Shown: positions 8,401 through 16,826 of the stretch, in pieces | Layout: every line of letters starts with the position of its first letter | Numbering within the stretch: position 1 is the first letter of the stretch | DNA from: Promethearchaeota archaeon | Lineage (GTDB): Archaea > Asgardarchaeota > Lokiarchaeia > Sigyniarchaeales > SOKP01 | DNA length: 64,000 bases | NCBI GenBank assembly: GCA_048939995.1 | Contig: JBHLOY010000005.1 | Span: 32,001 to 96,000 of the forward strand | Reading direction: 5' to 3' | The notes under the pieces: generated by a model | Database searches by the model: none | Seen by the model: only the letters and a program-made list of their open reading frames with translations | What the model was told of the DNA's origin: nothing | Program-made: the position numbers and the translations under genes

Positions 8401-10009
8401 TTCTGAAATTCAGAAAAATGATTTTGTGATTAGTATAGGTTCCAAAGAAATAATTTTAACAGATAAGTTCAGTTTAATTAAGGGTAAATTCAAAATCAAC
8501 ATGATATGTCAACATAAACTCAAAAATTTCATAGAATTAGGAGCTAATTTGGATTTAATTCCGCTAGAAAAATTCCTAAATACTTTATATGGTGCTAAAA
8601 AGAAAAAAGAATTAAACAAAATTTCGGGGCTTTTGGAATTTATAAATAATCAAAGTAAAACTATTAGAGAAAATTTGAATTTTGTTTCTGAATATATTAA
8701 CATTTTAAAATTAATACTTTTGACTACAGAGATAAATTCATTAAAAAAAAAGAAAGAAACTTTAGAAAAAGAGTCTGAAATTGCCAAAACTTATAAAGAT
8801 TCAAGAGATTTGAACGCAATTTCAGATTTATTAACGAAGATAAAGAAATCAATAGAAGATAATAAAAAAAGAGCTTCATATTTAGAGGAAGACTATTCTT
8901 TGCAGAGAAATCAAATTGAACAAATTGAGAAAAATATTAGTAATTACGATTTAGAAATCGATAAATTAAATTCTCAGATGAAAATGTGCTTTACTCAAAT
9001 TAATCAAATCTCCCGTTTAACTGAAATATCATCAGAAGACAATAAAAATGAAGCTCTAAAAAGTTTAGGAATTAAAATTGATCTCTCTAATTCAGAGAAG
9101 ATTCGTATGCTACAGTTAAAAGCAAAAGAAATCTCCTACAATATTAAGCAAGCGAAGTCTATAAAAGAAGATCTAGTATTGAAGCTTAATAGATTATATC
9201 CAAAATATGAAATCTATAAGAAGGATTACGATAAGCTTATATCTATAATTGAAAGAGATAATGGAAAGATCAATGAGTTAGAAAATGAATTGAAAAAGAA
9301 ATTAAGAGAAAAGAGTGGAAATTTGACTGAAGAAATCAGTGATCTGAATACTTTAAGACCATTAAATCAAATCGACGAGGATATTAAGGAAGTGGATAAA
9401 AAATTAAATGAAATAATACAATCAAATAAATTAGTAGGAATTAAAGATTGGCAGGATCTATTATCTATAAAAGAAAAACTAGGTAATTTTTCCAATCAAA
9501 TCTCAAAAAAAGCTAATGAATTAACTATAAACGATAATAAGTCTATATTTTTGGAAGCACTCCATAGTTATAGAAAATTTGAACTAATCCTAAATGAAAT
9601 TGAAAAAACAATTAATTATTTTTTGTTGGAGATCAAAATTTTGAGTCAATTTAAAATTGTAACTAATGAAACTAATACTAGCTTTCTTATCAAGACTTTA
9701 CTTAAAAAAAATAATAATAAAGAAATAACATTGATGGAGTTGACAACTCCAGAAAAAGTGTTCTTCACTGTAGCTTTATACTTATCACTATGTATTGTTT
9801 TGAACCAGAAATACATAATATTTTCAAATTTATTCATTCCAAATGACTATAATAAGAGCGGTTCTATTTTAAGAGCATTTAGAAAAATTCTACCAATATT
9901 TAAAAAAATTGACATGTTAAGTAATTTTAATTTAATTCTAATACTTTCAAATATAGAAATTAAAAAACAAATTGAAGATATAAAAATTATAGAAATTAAG
10001 GAAAATTGA
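8336..10009 (+). CDS. SMC/Rad50-like coiled-coil protein with degenerate ABC head
   Basis: Likely start TTG 8387. N-terminus KIRDSEIQ..KEIILTDKFSLIKG follows the SMC head layout but has no GxxGxGKS. Long coiled coil. C-terminus ELTTPEKVFFTVALYLSL...YIIFSNL corresponds to LSGGE...AL.LAL...hhhhDE. Confidence 0.6.
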   Translation: MKERIRKKKNIRNSKSILKIRDSEIQKNDFVISIGSKEIILTDKFSLIKGKFKINMICQHKLKNFIELGANLDLIPLEKFLNTLYGAKKKKELNKISGLLEFINNQSKTIRENLNFVSEYINILKLILLTTEINSLKKKKETLEKESEIAKTYKDSRDLNAISDLLTKIKKSIEDNKKRASYLEEDYSLQRNQIEQIEKNISNYDLEIDKLNSQMKMCFTQINQISRLTEISSEDNKNEALKSLGIKIDLSNSEKIRMLQLKAKEISYNIKQAKSIKEDLVLKLNRLYPKYEIYKKDYDKLISIIERDNGKINELENELKKKLREKSGNLTEEISDLNTLRPLNQIDEDIKEVDKKLNEIIQSNKLVGIKDWQDLLSIKEKLGNFSNQISKKANELTINDNKSIFLEALHSYRKFELILNEIEKTINYFLLEIKILSQFKIVTNETNTSFLIKTLLKKNNNKEITLMELTTPEKVFFTVALYLSLCIVLNQKYIIFSNLFIPNDYNKSGSILRAFRKILPIFKKIDMLSNFNLILILSNIEIKKQIEDIKIIEIKEN

Positions 10010-10018
10010 TTTATTATC

Positions 10019-10492
10019 ATGGAAGAGCTAGTTAAATTAATAACGAACACGATCTTGACGCAACCTCAGAAAATGATTAGAGAGGAAGATCTCAAGAATT
10101 TATGCAAAAATTATGATTTTGATAAAATTATAAGTGAAGTCTATCTCAATCTAAAGAATGTAGGCTTTGAATTTATTAAATCGAAATTTCTCAATGAAAC
10201 ATTCTATATTCTAACTTCTGAAGGAAAAGATGATACAATTTCAGCATCACAATATGGTACATTGGCGTTAATTCTTGCTATCAGCAAAGAGATTGATGAT
10301 AAATTGAAATTTGAAGATCTAAAAGAGATTTTTTCTGAAGTGTGGGAATCTGACATAGAATTTTTAATTAGAAAGGATTATTTAAGAAAAATAGAAGATT
10401 CAAATATTTTGTCAGTAACTCCTCAAGGAAAAGCATTAATGAAAAATATTATTCAAAACTTAAATTTAAAGAATTTATTAGATCTTTTTTAA
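10019..10492 (+). CDS. tandem winged-helix KITE-like protein (ScpB/Nse1/MAGE-like)
   Basis: 157 aa; IISEVYLNLKNVGFEF..FYIL (WH-A) and TLALILAI...DIEFLIRKDYLRK...LSVTPQGK (WH-B); sits directly after the SMC-like gene. Confidence 0.55.
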   Translation: MEELVKLITNTILTQPQKMIREEDLKNLCKNYDFDKIISEVYLNLKNVGFEFIKSKFLNETFYILTSEGKDDTISASQYGTLALILAISKEIDDKLKFEDLKEIFSEVWESDIEFLIRKDYLRKIEDSNILSVTPQGKALMKNIIQNLNLKNLLDLF

Positions 10493-10506
10493 AAAGTTAA
10501 ACAAAC

Positions 10507-10935
10507 TCATTCTTTTGAAGGATTTTCGATATCTAATTTAAATTGATCATATATTTTTTTTACTCGTTCCGCAGATGGACCTGTACCGCGTACACCATTT
10601 TCATCGACTATAATTTTACCATTTAATATTGAAATTATATTCTGATCTGTAATATAATTTACATGACCTTTTGAGAAGATAGTAGCGATTCGATCTGCCA
10701 GAGCCTGCATAGGAAAGGGTTCTTCTTCCACAGTAACATAAAAGTAAAAAGTACTTCTTATCAAAACCTTTGGAAACTCTTTATTCTTTTCATTTTTTGC
10801 ATTTTCAAGGATTAAATTAGAATCTTCACTCACTCCCTTCAATAATCCCACAAAAAATTTATCCTTGTCAAGATAGACCTTTACAATTTTGTCTATTAAT
10901 GTTTGCAGTTCTGTATTATATTGTCTTAAGGACAT
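10507..10935 (-). CDS. Sm-like protein with C-terminal domain (SmAP3/Lsm-C type)
   Basis: Sm1 ELQTLIDKIVKVYL..FVGLLKG..NLILENA, Sm2 VLIRS, plus a C-terminal domain ending GVRGTGPSAERVKKIY. Confidence 0.85.
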   Translation of the reverse strand: MSLRQYNTELQTLIDKIVKVYLDKDKFFVGLLKGVSEDSNLILENAKNEKNKEFPKVLIRSTFYFYVTVEEEPFPMQALADRIATIFSKGHVNYITDQNIISILNGKIIVDENGVRGTGPSAERVKKIYDQFKLDIENPSKE

Positions 10936-11004
10936 TGTAGTTCAGTATTTTTATTATTATTATTATTAATATTGTTTTACATTTATTCTTAATTTAAAAT
11001 TAAA

Positions 11005-11664
11005 CTACTTTTTAAATAAAGTCTCTATCAATTCTGGTATACCCTCCCCTGTTATTGCGCTAGATTTTATGAGTTTAATGTGAGGATTTATTCCCATAGC
11101 ATCATTTATCATTTTATCTATATTAACTTCAACTACATCTAATAAATCGATTTTATTTATTACAGCCAAATCAGACATCTTAAAAAGCATAGGATGTTTT
11201 TCTATAACCCACTCACCTTCAGTAATAGATACGACACATACTCTTTTTTCAGCGCCTAAAATAAAATCTGATGGACAAATGAGATTTCCGACATTTTCAA
11301 TGAAAATTACATTATATCTACTGATGTCATGATTTTTAACTACTTGGGAGATATGATATGAGTTTAAAGCGCATTCTTTACCAGTGTTAATTTGAATTGT
11401 TTTAACACCATGTTTTTCAATGCGATTTGCATCCACACGAGTTGTAACATCACCATTAATTACTAGAATTTGCTTTTCGTTGGAAATTTTTTTGACTATT
11501 ACTTCAATTAGGGCAGTTTTGCCAGCACCAATCGCTCCAACAATTTCAAAACAACGAACTTTATTCCTTTTAAATTTTCTTGAGTTCTGCTGGGCTAACT
11601 CTTCATTATTTTTTATTAAATCTTCATTTAATTCAATGATTTTCGAAAATTCTTCTTTTGGCAT
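11005..11664 (-). CDS. hypB: hydrogenase nickel incorporation GTPase HypB
   Basis: GAIGAGKT, QINTGKECAL, ENVGNLICP, INKIDL, SAITGEG. Confidence 0.9.
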   Translation of the reverse strand: MPKEEFSKIIELNEDLIKNNEELAQQNSRKFKRNKVRCFEIVGAIGAGKTALIEVIVKKISNEKQILVINGDVTTRVDANRIEKHGVKTIQINTGKECALNSYHISQVVKNHDISRYNVIFIENVGNLICPSDFILGAEKRVCVVSITEGEWVIEKHPMLFKMSDLAVINKIDLLDVVEVNIDKMINDAMGINPHIKLIKSSAITGEGIPELIETLFKK

Positions 11665-11738
11665 GAGATATAACTAATTATAATTAAAGTTAAAAGAATA
11701 AATTAAAAATCATTGATATTTTTTTTTATTTCTCTATC

Positions 11739-12677
11739 TTAAGATAGATTCCAATCAAATTTATAAACTAAATAAGAAAATAATATCCCTCCAAGTTCTG
11801 GAATATAATATAATATATAATATGGAGCTATAAATCCATAAAATAGTACTGGCAATAAACGGATTACGACTATTATTATGAGAAACGTTCTACCCTTTAA
11901 TCTGATGGGGAAAAAATAGAAAAAAGCAGTTATTTCTCTATTAGCATTCGGAAGTATCATGTAGGATAATAATCCATAAATTCCTCCCCAAGCAAAACCT
12001 GCATAGAAGATTGACCATTCTAATGGATATAAATTAATTAAAGCTAATCTTAGTAATATAAATATTAACATAGAAGTTATAGAACTAAGTAAGAAAAGCT
12101 TAATTAAAAAGGATGTCCCATAATTTAACTCAATACTTCGAGAGATAAAAAATAAAAAAAATATCATTATAATAAAGAAAAAAAATCCAAAAAGATCAAA
12201 AACGTTGTATATAAAAAGACTGGTAAGAATAGTATGGAATAAATAATCAAAGATCAAGAAATTTAAGTCAAAAAAAATATATTTTCCAAAACCATAAGAT
12301 AAAAGAATGAAACCTAAGATCGAAAATCCCAGGATTAAACCCATTAGAATTTTTGTGCCTTTAATTCGTGACCTTCCCCAAATAGAAGGCTGGGATCGTT
12401 TTTTTAATAATTTTACTTCTCTTTCTTGACGTTTTAAATATTTTTTCAATGCTTTTGGTGCTTTAAATGAGCCTTCTTGTACAGTTACTTTAGATTCTTT
12501 ATTAGTATACGTAGGAATCTCCTTGACATCAACTGGGACTAATGGTACATGTTTCAATTCAAACGTACATTGATGATTTTCAGGTAATCTATGTTTTTTA
12601 CAGAACGTTCCCCCACAATATTTACATTTGAAGGGTAAATAACCAATTTTTTCTCCACAATGTTCACAAAAAGCCAA
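11739..12677 (-). CDS. AN1 zinc finger fused to rhomboid-fold pseudoprotease
   Basis: [23 protein letters not shown]1 finger; rhomboid-like TM layout (LTSLF, SIELNYG); GxSG replaced by GFAWGG and HxxG replaced by PELGG. Confidence 0.75.
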   Translation of the reverse strand: MAFCEHCGEKIGYLPFKCKYCGGTFCKKHRLPENHQCTFELKHVPLVPVDVKEIPTYTNKESKVTVQEGSFKAPKALKKYLKRQEREVKLLKKRSQPSIWGRSRIKGTKILMGLILGFSILGFILLSYGFGKYIFFDLNFLIFDYLFHTILTSLFIYNVFDLFGFFFFIIMIFFLFFISRSIELNYGTSFLIKLFLLSSITSMLIFILLRLALINLYPLEWSIFYAGFAWGGIYGLLSYMILPNANREITAFFYFFPIRLKGRTFLIIIVVIRLLPVLFYGFIAPYYILYYIPELGGILFSYLVYKFDWNLS

Positions 12678-12775
12678 TCCTACTCACTTTTAAAGATTAA
12701 TAAAAATTAATATAGTTTATTAAAAAACTTTTTACTTCATAATTCTTTTGATTGTTTTTTAATATTACTTTTTGA

Positions 12776-13738
12776 TTAGTGTGGGATATATGGATTGATA
12801 TCAAATGGAGCAAAAATACTCCAAAGAGTAATAATCAAGAGAATAAGCAGTGGTACCATTAAAAAAATATAAATCTTCTTATTCCATTTCCAAATGTTCT
12901 GACCGTCTAAAATTCCAAATGGTAGCATGTTAAACGCACCTAACATAAAATTAAAATAAGCAGCGTAACCAATAAAGCTATTTAGAGGATATGAACCTTT
13001 TGGAATTAGAAAAGATATAAGGAGAAGTATTGAGCCATAAATTAAATTGATAAAAGGTCCTGCTGCTTTGCATAAGCCAGTTTTTCTACTGACTTTATCT
13101 AAACCCAAAACTACAACCGCTCCAGGTAGTGCGAGCATGGGTAATCCTGGTGATGATGTGAATAATCCATACAATCCAATTATAATGCTAAAACCAGTTA
13201 ATAACATTCCAAATGTGAGTAGTCTAAATTTGGTTTGAAGTCCAAAATGAATTGCAACTTGACGATGCCCTAATTCATGAAAAAGGAAAGTAGTCATATA
13301 AAAAGTAGCTAACATAAATAAAGCCCATGTATAATTAAGATAAATGAGTTCGAAGAACGAAATAAATCCTATAATGAATATTAGGGCAGTACCAATTAAG
13401 AAATGTAGAAGCTCTGACTTATGTGCTAATAAAATTCCCTTAAATTCAATTCCAGATTCTGGATCAAATGCATCATCAGGTATGGATTTTTCTTGGCGAT
13501 ACCAAGTATATGTTCCATCTGTTGTGCCTCGAATGGGAACATCTGAGGATATGAACTGTTGAGTGGGTGGGGTTGTTACAAAATGAGTAGAAGGTGCTTG
13601 ATATGATTTTAAATTTGCTATTACAATATCACATTCATGATCAAGTGGATCTTTATGAAAGCTACAGTAGTTTTGCTGACATTTACTGCAATGATATAGA
13701 TTGTTTGTTTCTCTTCCACAATGATAACATAACGGCAT
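12776..13738 (-). CDS. AN1-like zinc finger fused to M50 (site-2) intramembrane metalloprotease
   Basis: CYHC..CSKC..YCSFHKDPLDHEC; HELGH, AAGP and FNMLPFGILDG motifs intact. Confidence 0.88.
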   Translation of the reverse strand: MPLCYHCGRETNNLYHCSKCQQNYCSFHKDPLDHECDIVIANLKSYQAPSTHFVTTPPTQQFISSDVPIRGTTDGTYTWYRQEKSIPDDAFDPESGIEFKGILLAHKSELLHFLIGTALIFIIGFISFFELIYLNYTWALFMLATFYMTTFLFHELGHRQVAIHFGLQTKFRLLTFGMLLTGFSIIIGLYGLFTSSPGLPMLALPGAVVVLGLDKVSRKTGLCKAAGPFINLIYGSILLLISFLIPKGSYPLNSFIGYAAYFNFMLGAFNMLPFGILDGQNIWKWNKKIYIFLMVPLLILLIITLWSIFAPFDINPYIPH

Positions 13739-13907
13739 TTATCGCTTACCCTTATTTTTTATATAATTACTATAAGAATTTACTATTGATATAAAATTTA
13801 ATATTAATAATTTTAAGCCTAAATTTAAATCAAGGTTTTGATATCTAATTATTTAAATAAGATATTAAATCTATAACAGATAGTAATTTCTTTAAAAAAT
13901 TGAAACC

Positions 13908-14033
13908 ATGAACGAAGAAGAACTTAATGATCAAGAAGACATAGAAGATGAAAGGGAAAAATTGAAGACCTTGGGAGTAAAAAGTACATGGAATATACTA
14001 ACTGATTTAACAAAAAAGAAAAAAGAAAATTAG
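13908..14033 (+). CDS. putative 41-aa small protein (MNEEELNDQEDIEDEREKLKTLGVKSTWNILTDLTKKKKEN)
   Basis: Hand-translated ATG..TAG ORF below the ORF-track cutoff; purine-rich, coding-like composition. Confidence 0.4.
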   Translation: MNEEELNDQEDIEDEREKLKTLGVKSTWNILTDLTKKKKEN

Positions 14034-14169
14034 AGCTGGATTGTTATATTATATATTAAATTATAACTTATTTTTTAATAATACGGGGGCCTTATTTTCA
14101 TAAATTAAATTAATAATTAATCATTACATTTATTTATAGACTTAGAAGAGTATAAAGAAGTGAGGCCAA

Positions 14170-14400
14170 ACGGGTAAAAACGTATATTGCCCTATATGTG
14201 AACGGGAAGTACAATTAAGAAGGAAAAATTTTAATCATTTATATCATGAAGTTTTATTCTTTATGGTTATTCTTACCTTTGGACTAGGTTTCTTCGTCTA
14301 CCTTTTATTAAAATATTTGAAGAAAAAAGATAGATGCCCTAACTGTGAAACACGATTCGATATTGAAACTCTTAAACCTATCGATGTAGAAAAAAAGTAG
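14170..14400 (+). CDS. LITAF-like zinc-ribbon membrane protein, probable ACG start
   Basis: Hand translation: (M)GKNVYCPICEREVQLRRKNFNHLYHEVLFFMVILTFGLGFFVYLLLKYLKKKDRCPNCETRFDIETLKPIDVEKK*; CxxC-hydrophobic hairpin-CxxC; in-frame TGA at 14161. Confidence 0.65.
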   Translation, partial: TGKNVYCPICEREVQLRRKNFNHLYHEVLFFMVILTFGLGFFVYLLLKYLKKKDRCPNCETRFDIETLKPIDVEKK

Positions 14401-14404
14401 ATCT

Positions 14405-14683
14405 TCATTTAATTTTCATTATACTCTTACATCTAGGACAAATTTTATCTTTATCTATCAAATTTTTCTTAATAATTGTTTTTTTATATTTGCATGTACT
14501 TTTAGGACATTCCAACTTAAATTTACTTAAACTTATAATTGGAGAGTCAACTAGCTCTAAGTTTCCTTTTGGCTCTGCACCGCTATTAAAATTATTTTTT
14601 CCTTTTTTCTGTTCAGTCTTAAATTGTTTAGCTTCACTTCTCTCATCTTTTTTTTCTGGTTTTAACCATTTTTCTAAGCTCAA
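14405..14683 (-). CDS. small protein with C-terminal zinc ribbon
   Basis: CPKSTC...CPRC; charged, disordered-looking N-terminus. Confidence 0.6.
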   Translation of the reverse strand: MSLEKWLKPEKKDERSEAKQFKTEQKKGKNNFNSGAEPKGNLELVDSPIISLSKFKLECPKSTCKYKKTIIKKNLIDKDKICPRCKSIMKIK

Positions 14684-14755
14684 GGAACTCTCACATTTTG
14701 AGTTTTATAATAAATAAAAAGAATAAATAATAATATATTTAATCACGATAGAGTT

Positions 14756-16021
14756 TTAAAAAACTTGTTCTTCCCCAGCAATCAACCGTTTTCTTAATAA
14801 AATTAGTGAATCCTTCGATAATAGTTCTTCTGATACTTCTTTTGCTACTTTCTCAATACTTGAAAAGCTTACATTATTTGCTGGAATTAATGTTATGGAA
14901 TTCACCCAAGGATCAGTTATAGGTCTTCCTATTTGTGATAAAAGTTTAACATGGCATTCAATTATATCTCCCTCGCCTCTTTTGTAAATTTCTCGAGCGA
15001 TATTGGTAGCTGCGATATTGTATATTTTTCCCACATGGTTTATTGGATTTTTACCACAAACAGCTTCTAAACTCATTGGTCTACATGGAGTGATCAATCC
15101 ATTTGAACGATTGCCTCTTCCTACTTCTCCATCATCTCCGGATTCTGCTGATGTCCCTGTTATTGTAAGATATATTAAATTTTTTTCTAATATATCAGCA
15201 ACATTTATTTGACACGATACTTCTCTCTCTGGAATAGTTTTAGCAGCTAAATCTAATACAGCATCTTTAATTTGATTAACATTATTAATATATTCGTCAA
15301 TATCACTGACATATTTACTTATCATCGCAGCAGCTACAGTAATACCAACCTTATTTCCAACTCTCTCTGTCATTACTTTGACATCTTCTCCAGATGCTTT
15401 ACATTTATCTTTAAATTTGTTTGAATTGATCAACTTTTCGACTTCAAGAGTTATTCTCTCAGCATCTGAATAAGGAGCATAACCAACTCCAAAACTTGTG
15501 TCATTGGCAAGCGGTACATCTTCTGAATGGTGAGATTCATCAAAAACGCCTGTTAAGTCTGTTGAACCAGGTCTTACAGCATAATCAAACTGAATATCTT
15601 TATCCAAATTAAGATTTCTAAAAATATTTCCCATAACCTGACGTGAAGTATCAAGACAAATGGGAGCAACTGGAATATAATCTAATCTATTCTGATTTGG
15701 AGCACATTCTGTAAGAATTTGATTAATAGCTCTACCGACAATTAAAAAATATTGTGGTTGAATTATTTGTCCTCCATTAAACTCTGGTTTAGCCACACCG
15801 CCAACCAACGCAGCTTTATCAACATTGTGATGGTAAACACGTCCAAATTTATTTAAGTAATACAAGCATAACGCTCTTGAACAAGCGTCGGCAATTGCAT
15901 CACATACGCTATCTGGATGCCCAACTCCCTTCCTTTCGCAAATTTCTGGAAAATCAGAATGTTCAACAGCAAATTTAAGGTCAAGCTGATTAACTTTCAA
16001 CATATTACATAACCAAGTCAA
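14756..16021 (-). CDS. mat: archaeal S-adenosylmethionine synthetase
   Basis: ERKGVGHPDSVCD, HHNVDK, ANDTSFGVG, GEDVKVM, GRGNRSNGLITP, GKNPINHVGKIY. Confidence 0.96.
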   Translation of the reverse strand: MTWLCNMLKVNQLDLKFAVEHSDFPEICERKGVGHPDSVCDAIADACSRALCLYYLNKFGRVYHHNVDKAALVGGVAKPEFNGGQIIQPQYFLIVGRAINQILTECAPNQNRLDYIPVAPICLDTSRQVMGNIFRNLNLDKDIQFDYAVRPGSTDLTGVFDESHHSEDVPLANDTSFGVGYAPYSDAERITLEVEKLINSNKFKDKCKASGEDVKVMTERVGNKVGITVAAAMISKYVSDIDEYINNVNQIKDAVLDLAAKTIPEREVSCQINVADILEKNLIYLTITGTSAESGDDGEVGRGNRSNGLITPCRPMSLEAVCGKNPINHVGKIYNIAATNIAREIYKRGEGDIIECHVKLLSQIGRPITDPWVNSITLIPANNVSFSSIEKVAKEVSEELLSKDSLILLRKRLIAGEEQVF

Positions 16022-16097
16022 ATTTGTTAAAACAATTATTATAGTATAAATTTAAATTCATAATCAAATATAATAATTATTAAAAAAAAAATGCATC

Positions 16098-16118
16098 TAA
16101 AGCATTTATTATGCTTTA
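16098..16118. promoter_or_regulatory. palindrome TAAAGCAT-N5-ATGCTTTA, putative operator between divergent mat and HTH-CBS genes
   Basis: Perfect 8-bp inverted repeat; further GCAT/ATGC palindromes overlap it or lie nearby (AAATGC-N7-GCATTT; TTATGCATAA 16138-16147). Confidence 0.4.
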
Positions 16119-16158
16119 AAATTATAGTAAAAAAACTTTATGCATAAGGTAGAGAACA

Positions 16159-16719
16159 ATTTTACCAGATTATAATAATATTAAACATTTGCGAAAAAGC
16201 CTAAATTTCAGTCAAAAAGAATTAGGAGAAAGATTAGGCATTCCACAATCAACAATTTCGAGAATAGAAAATGGGACAATAGATCCTCCCTATTCGAAAT
16301 TCAAAGTGATCTTTGAATTTTTAGAAAACGAAACCATGAAAAAATCAAAAGCAGAAATGGTTGCAAAAGATATTATGACAAGGAATATAATATCAATAAA
16401 GCCAAAATCCTCAATTAAAGAAGCTATAGAATTAATGTACGAAAATAGTATATCCCAACTACCAATAATAGATAATGGACAGAATCTTGGTAGCATAACC
16501 TCTAAAAAGATACAAAAAGAGATCACTGATAAACCGGAAATATTAAATATGGATATATCACTTCTAAAAGAACTACCCTTTCCGGAAGTTGAACTCAATT
16601 GGAATGCAAAGGATATTTCAAATTTACTAGGTAATTATCCTGCTATTCTTGTAAAAAAAAGTGATAATTATGTGGGAATAATAACAGATTCAGATTTTCT
16701 TAAGCTTATAACTAAATAA
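16159..16719 (+). CDS. XRE-type HTH + CBS-pair transcriptional regulator
   Basis: LRKSLNFSQKELGERLGIPQSTISRIENG HTH plus two CBS repeats. ORF track starts at TTG 16189, but the frame is open from ATT 16159 (ILPDYNNIKHLRK). Confidence 0.88.
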   Translation: MLPDYNNIKHLRKSLNFSQKELGERLGIPQSTISRIENGTIDPPYSKFKVIFEFLENETMKKSKAEMVAKDIMTRNIISIKPKSSIKEAIELMYENSISQLPIIDNGQNLGSITSKKIQKEITDKPEILNMDISLLKELPFPEVELNWNAKDISNLLGNYPAILVKKSDNYVGIITDSDFLKLITK

Positions 16720-16826
16720 AAGTCGTAGACAACATTGTTGTGTTTTAGAATTAAATTAATTAATATCAAATACATAATAATAATAAAGATTTTTATAGCC
16801 GCTAAATTTTTTATTAATGGGATTTA

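Noticed and set aside
1650-10492. Calling the operon a canonical Wadjet, MukBEF or ESCRT/Cdv locus
   Set aside because: No intact SMC ATPase motifs, no Toprim JetD, no Snf7 domain and no MIT domain on the AAA+ protein
11005-11664. Lone hypB as evidence of a hydrogenase locus
   Set aside because: No hypA or hydrogenase genes nearby; scattered hyp genes are common in archaea
14161-14163. In-frame TGA upstream of the LITAF-like frame as selenocysteine
   Set aside because: No start codon between it and the upstream TAG stops; no SECIS recognised
16729-16741. Palindrome ACAACA-T-TGTTGT
   Set aside because: Short, single copy; cannot be told from chance
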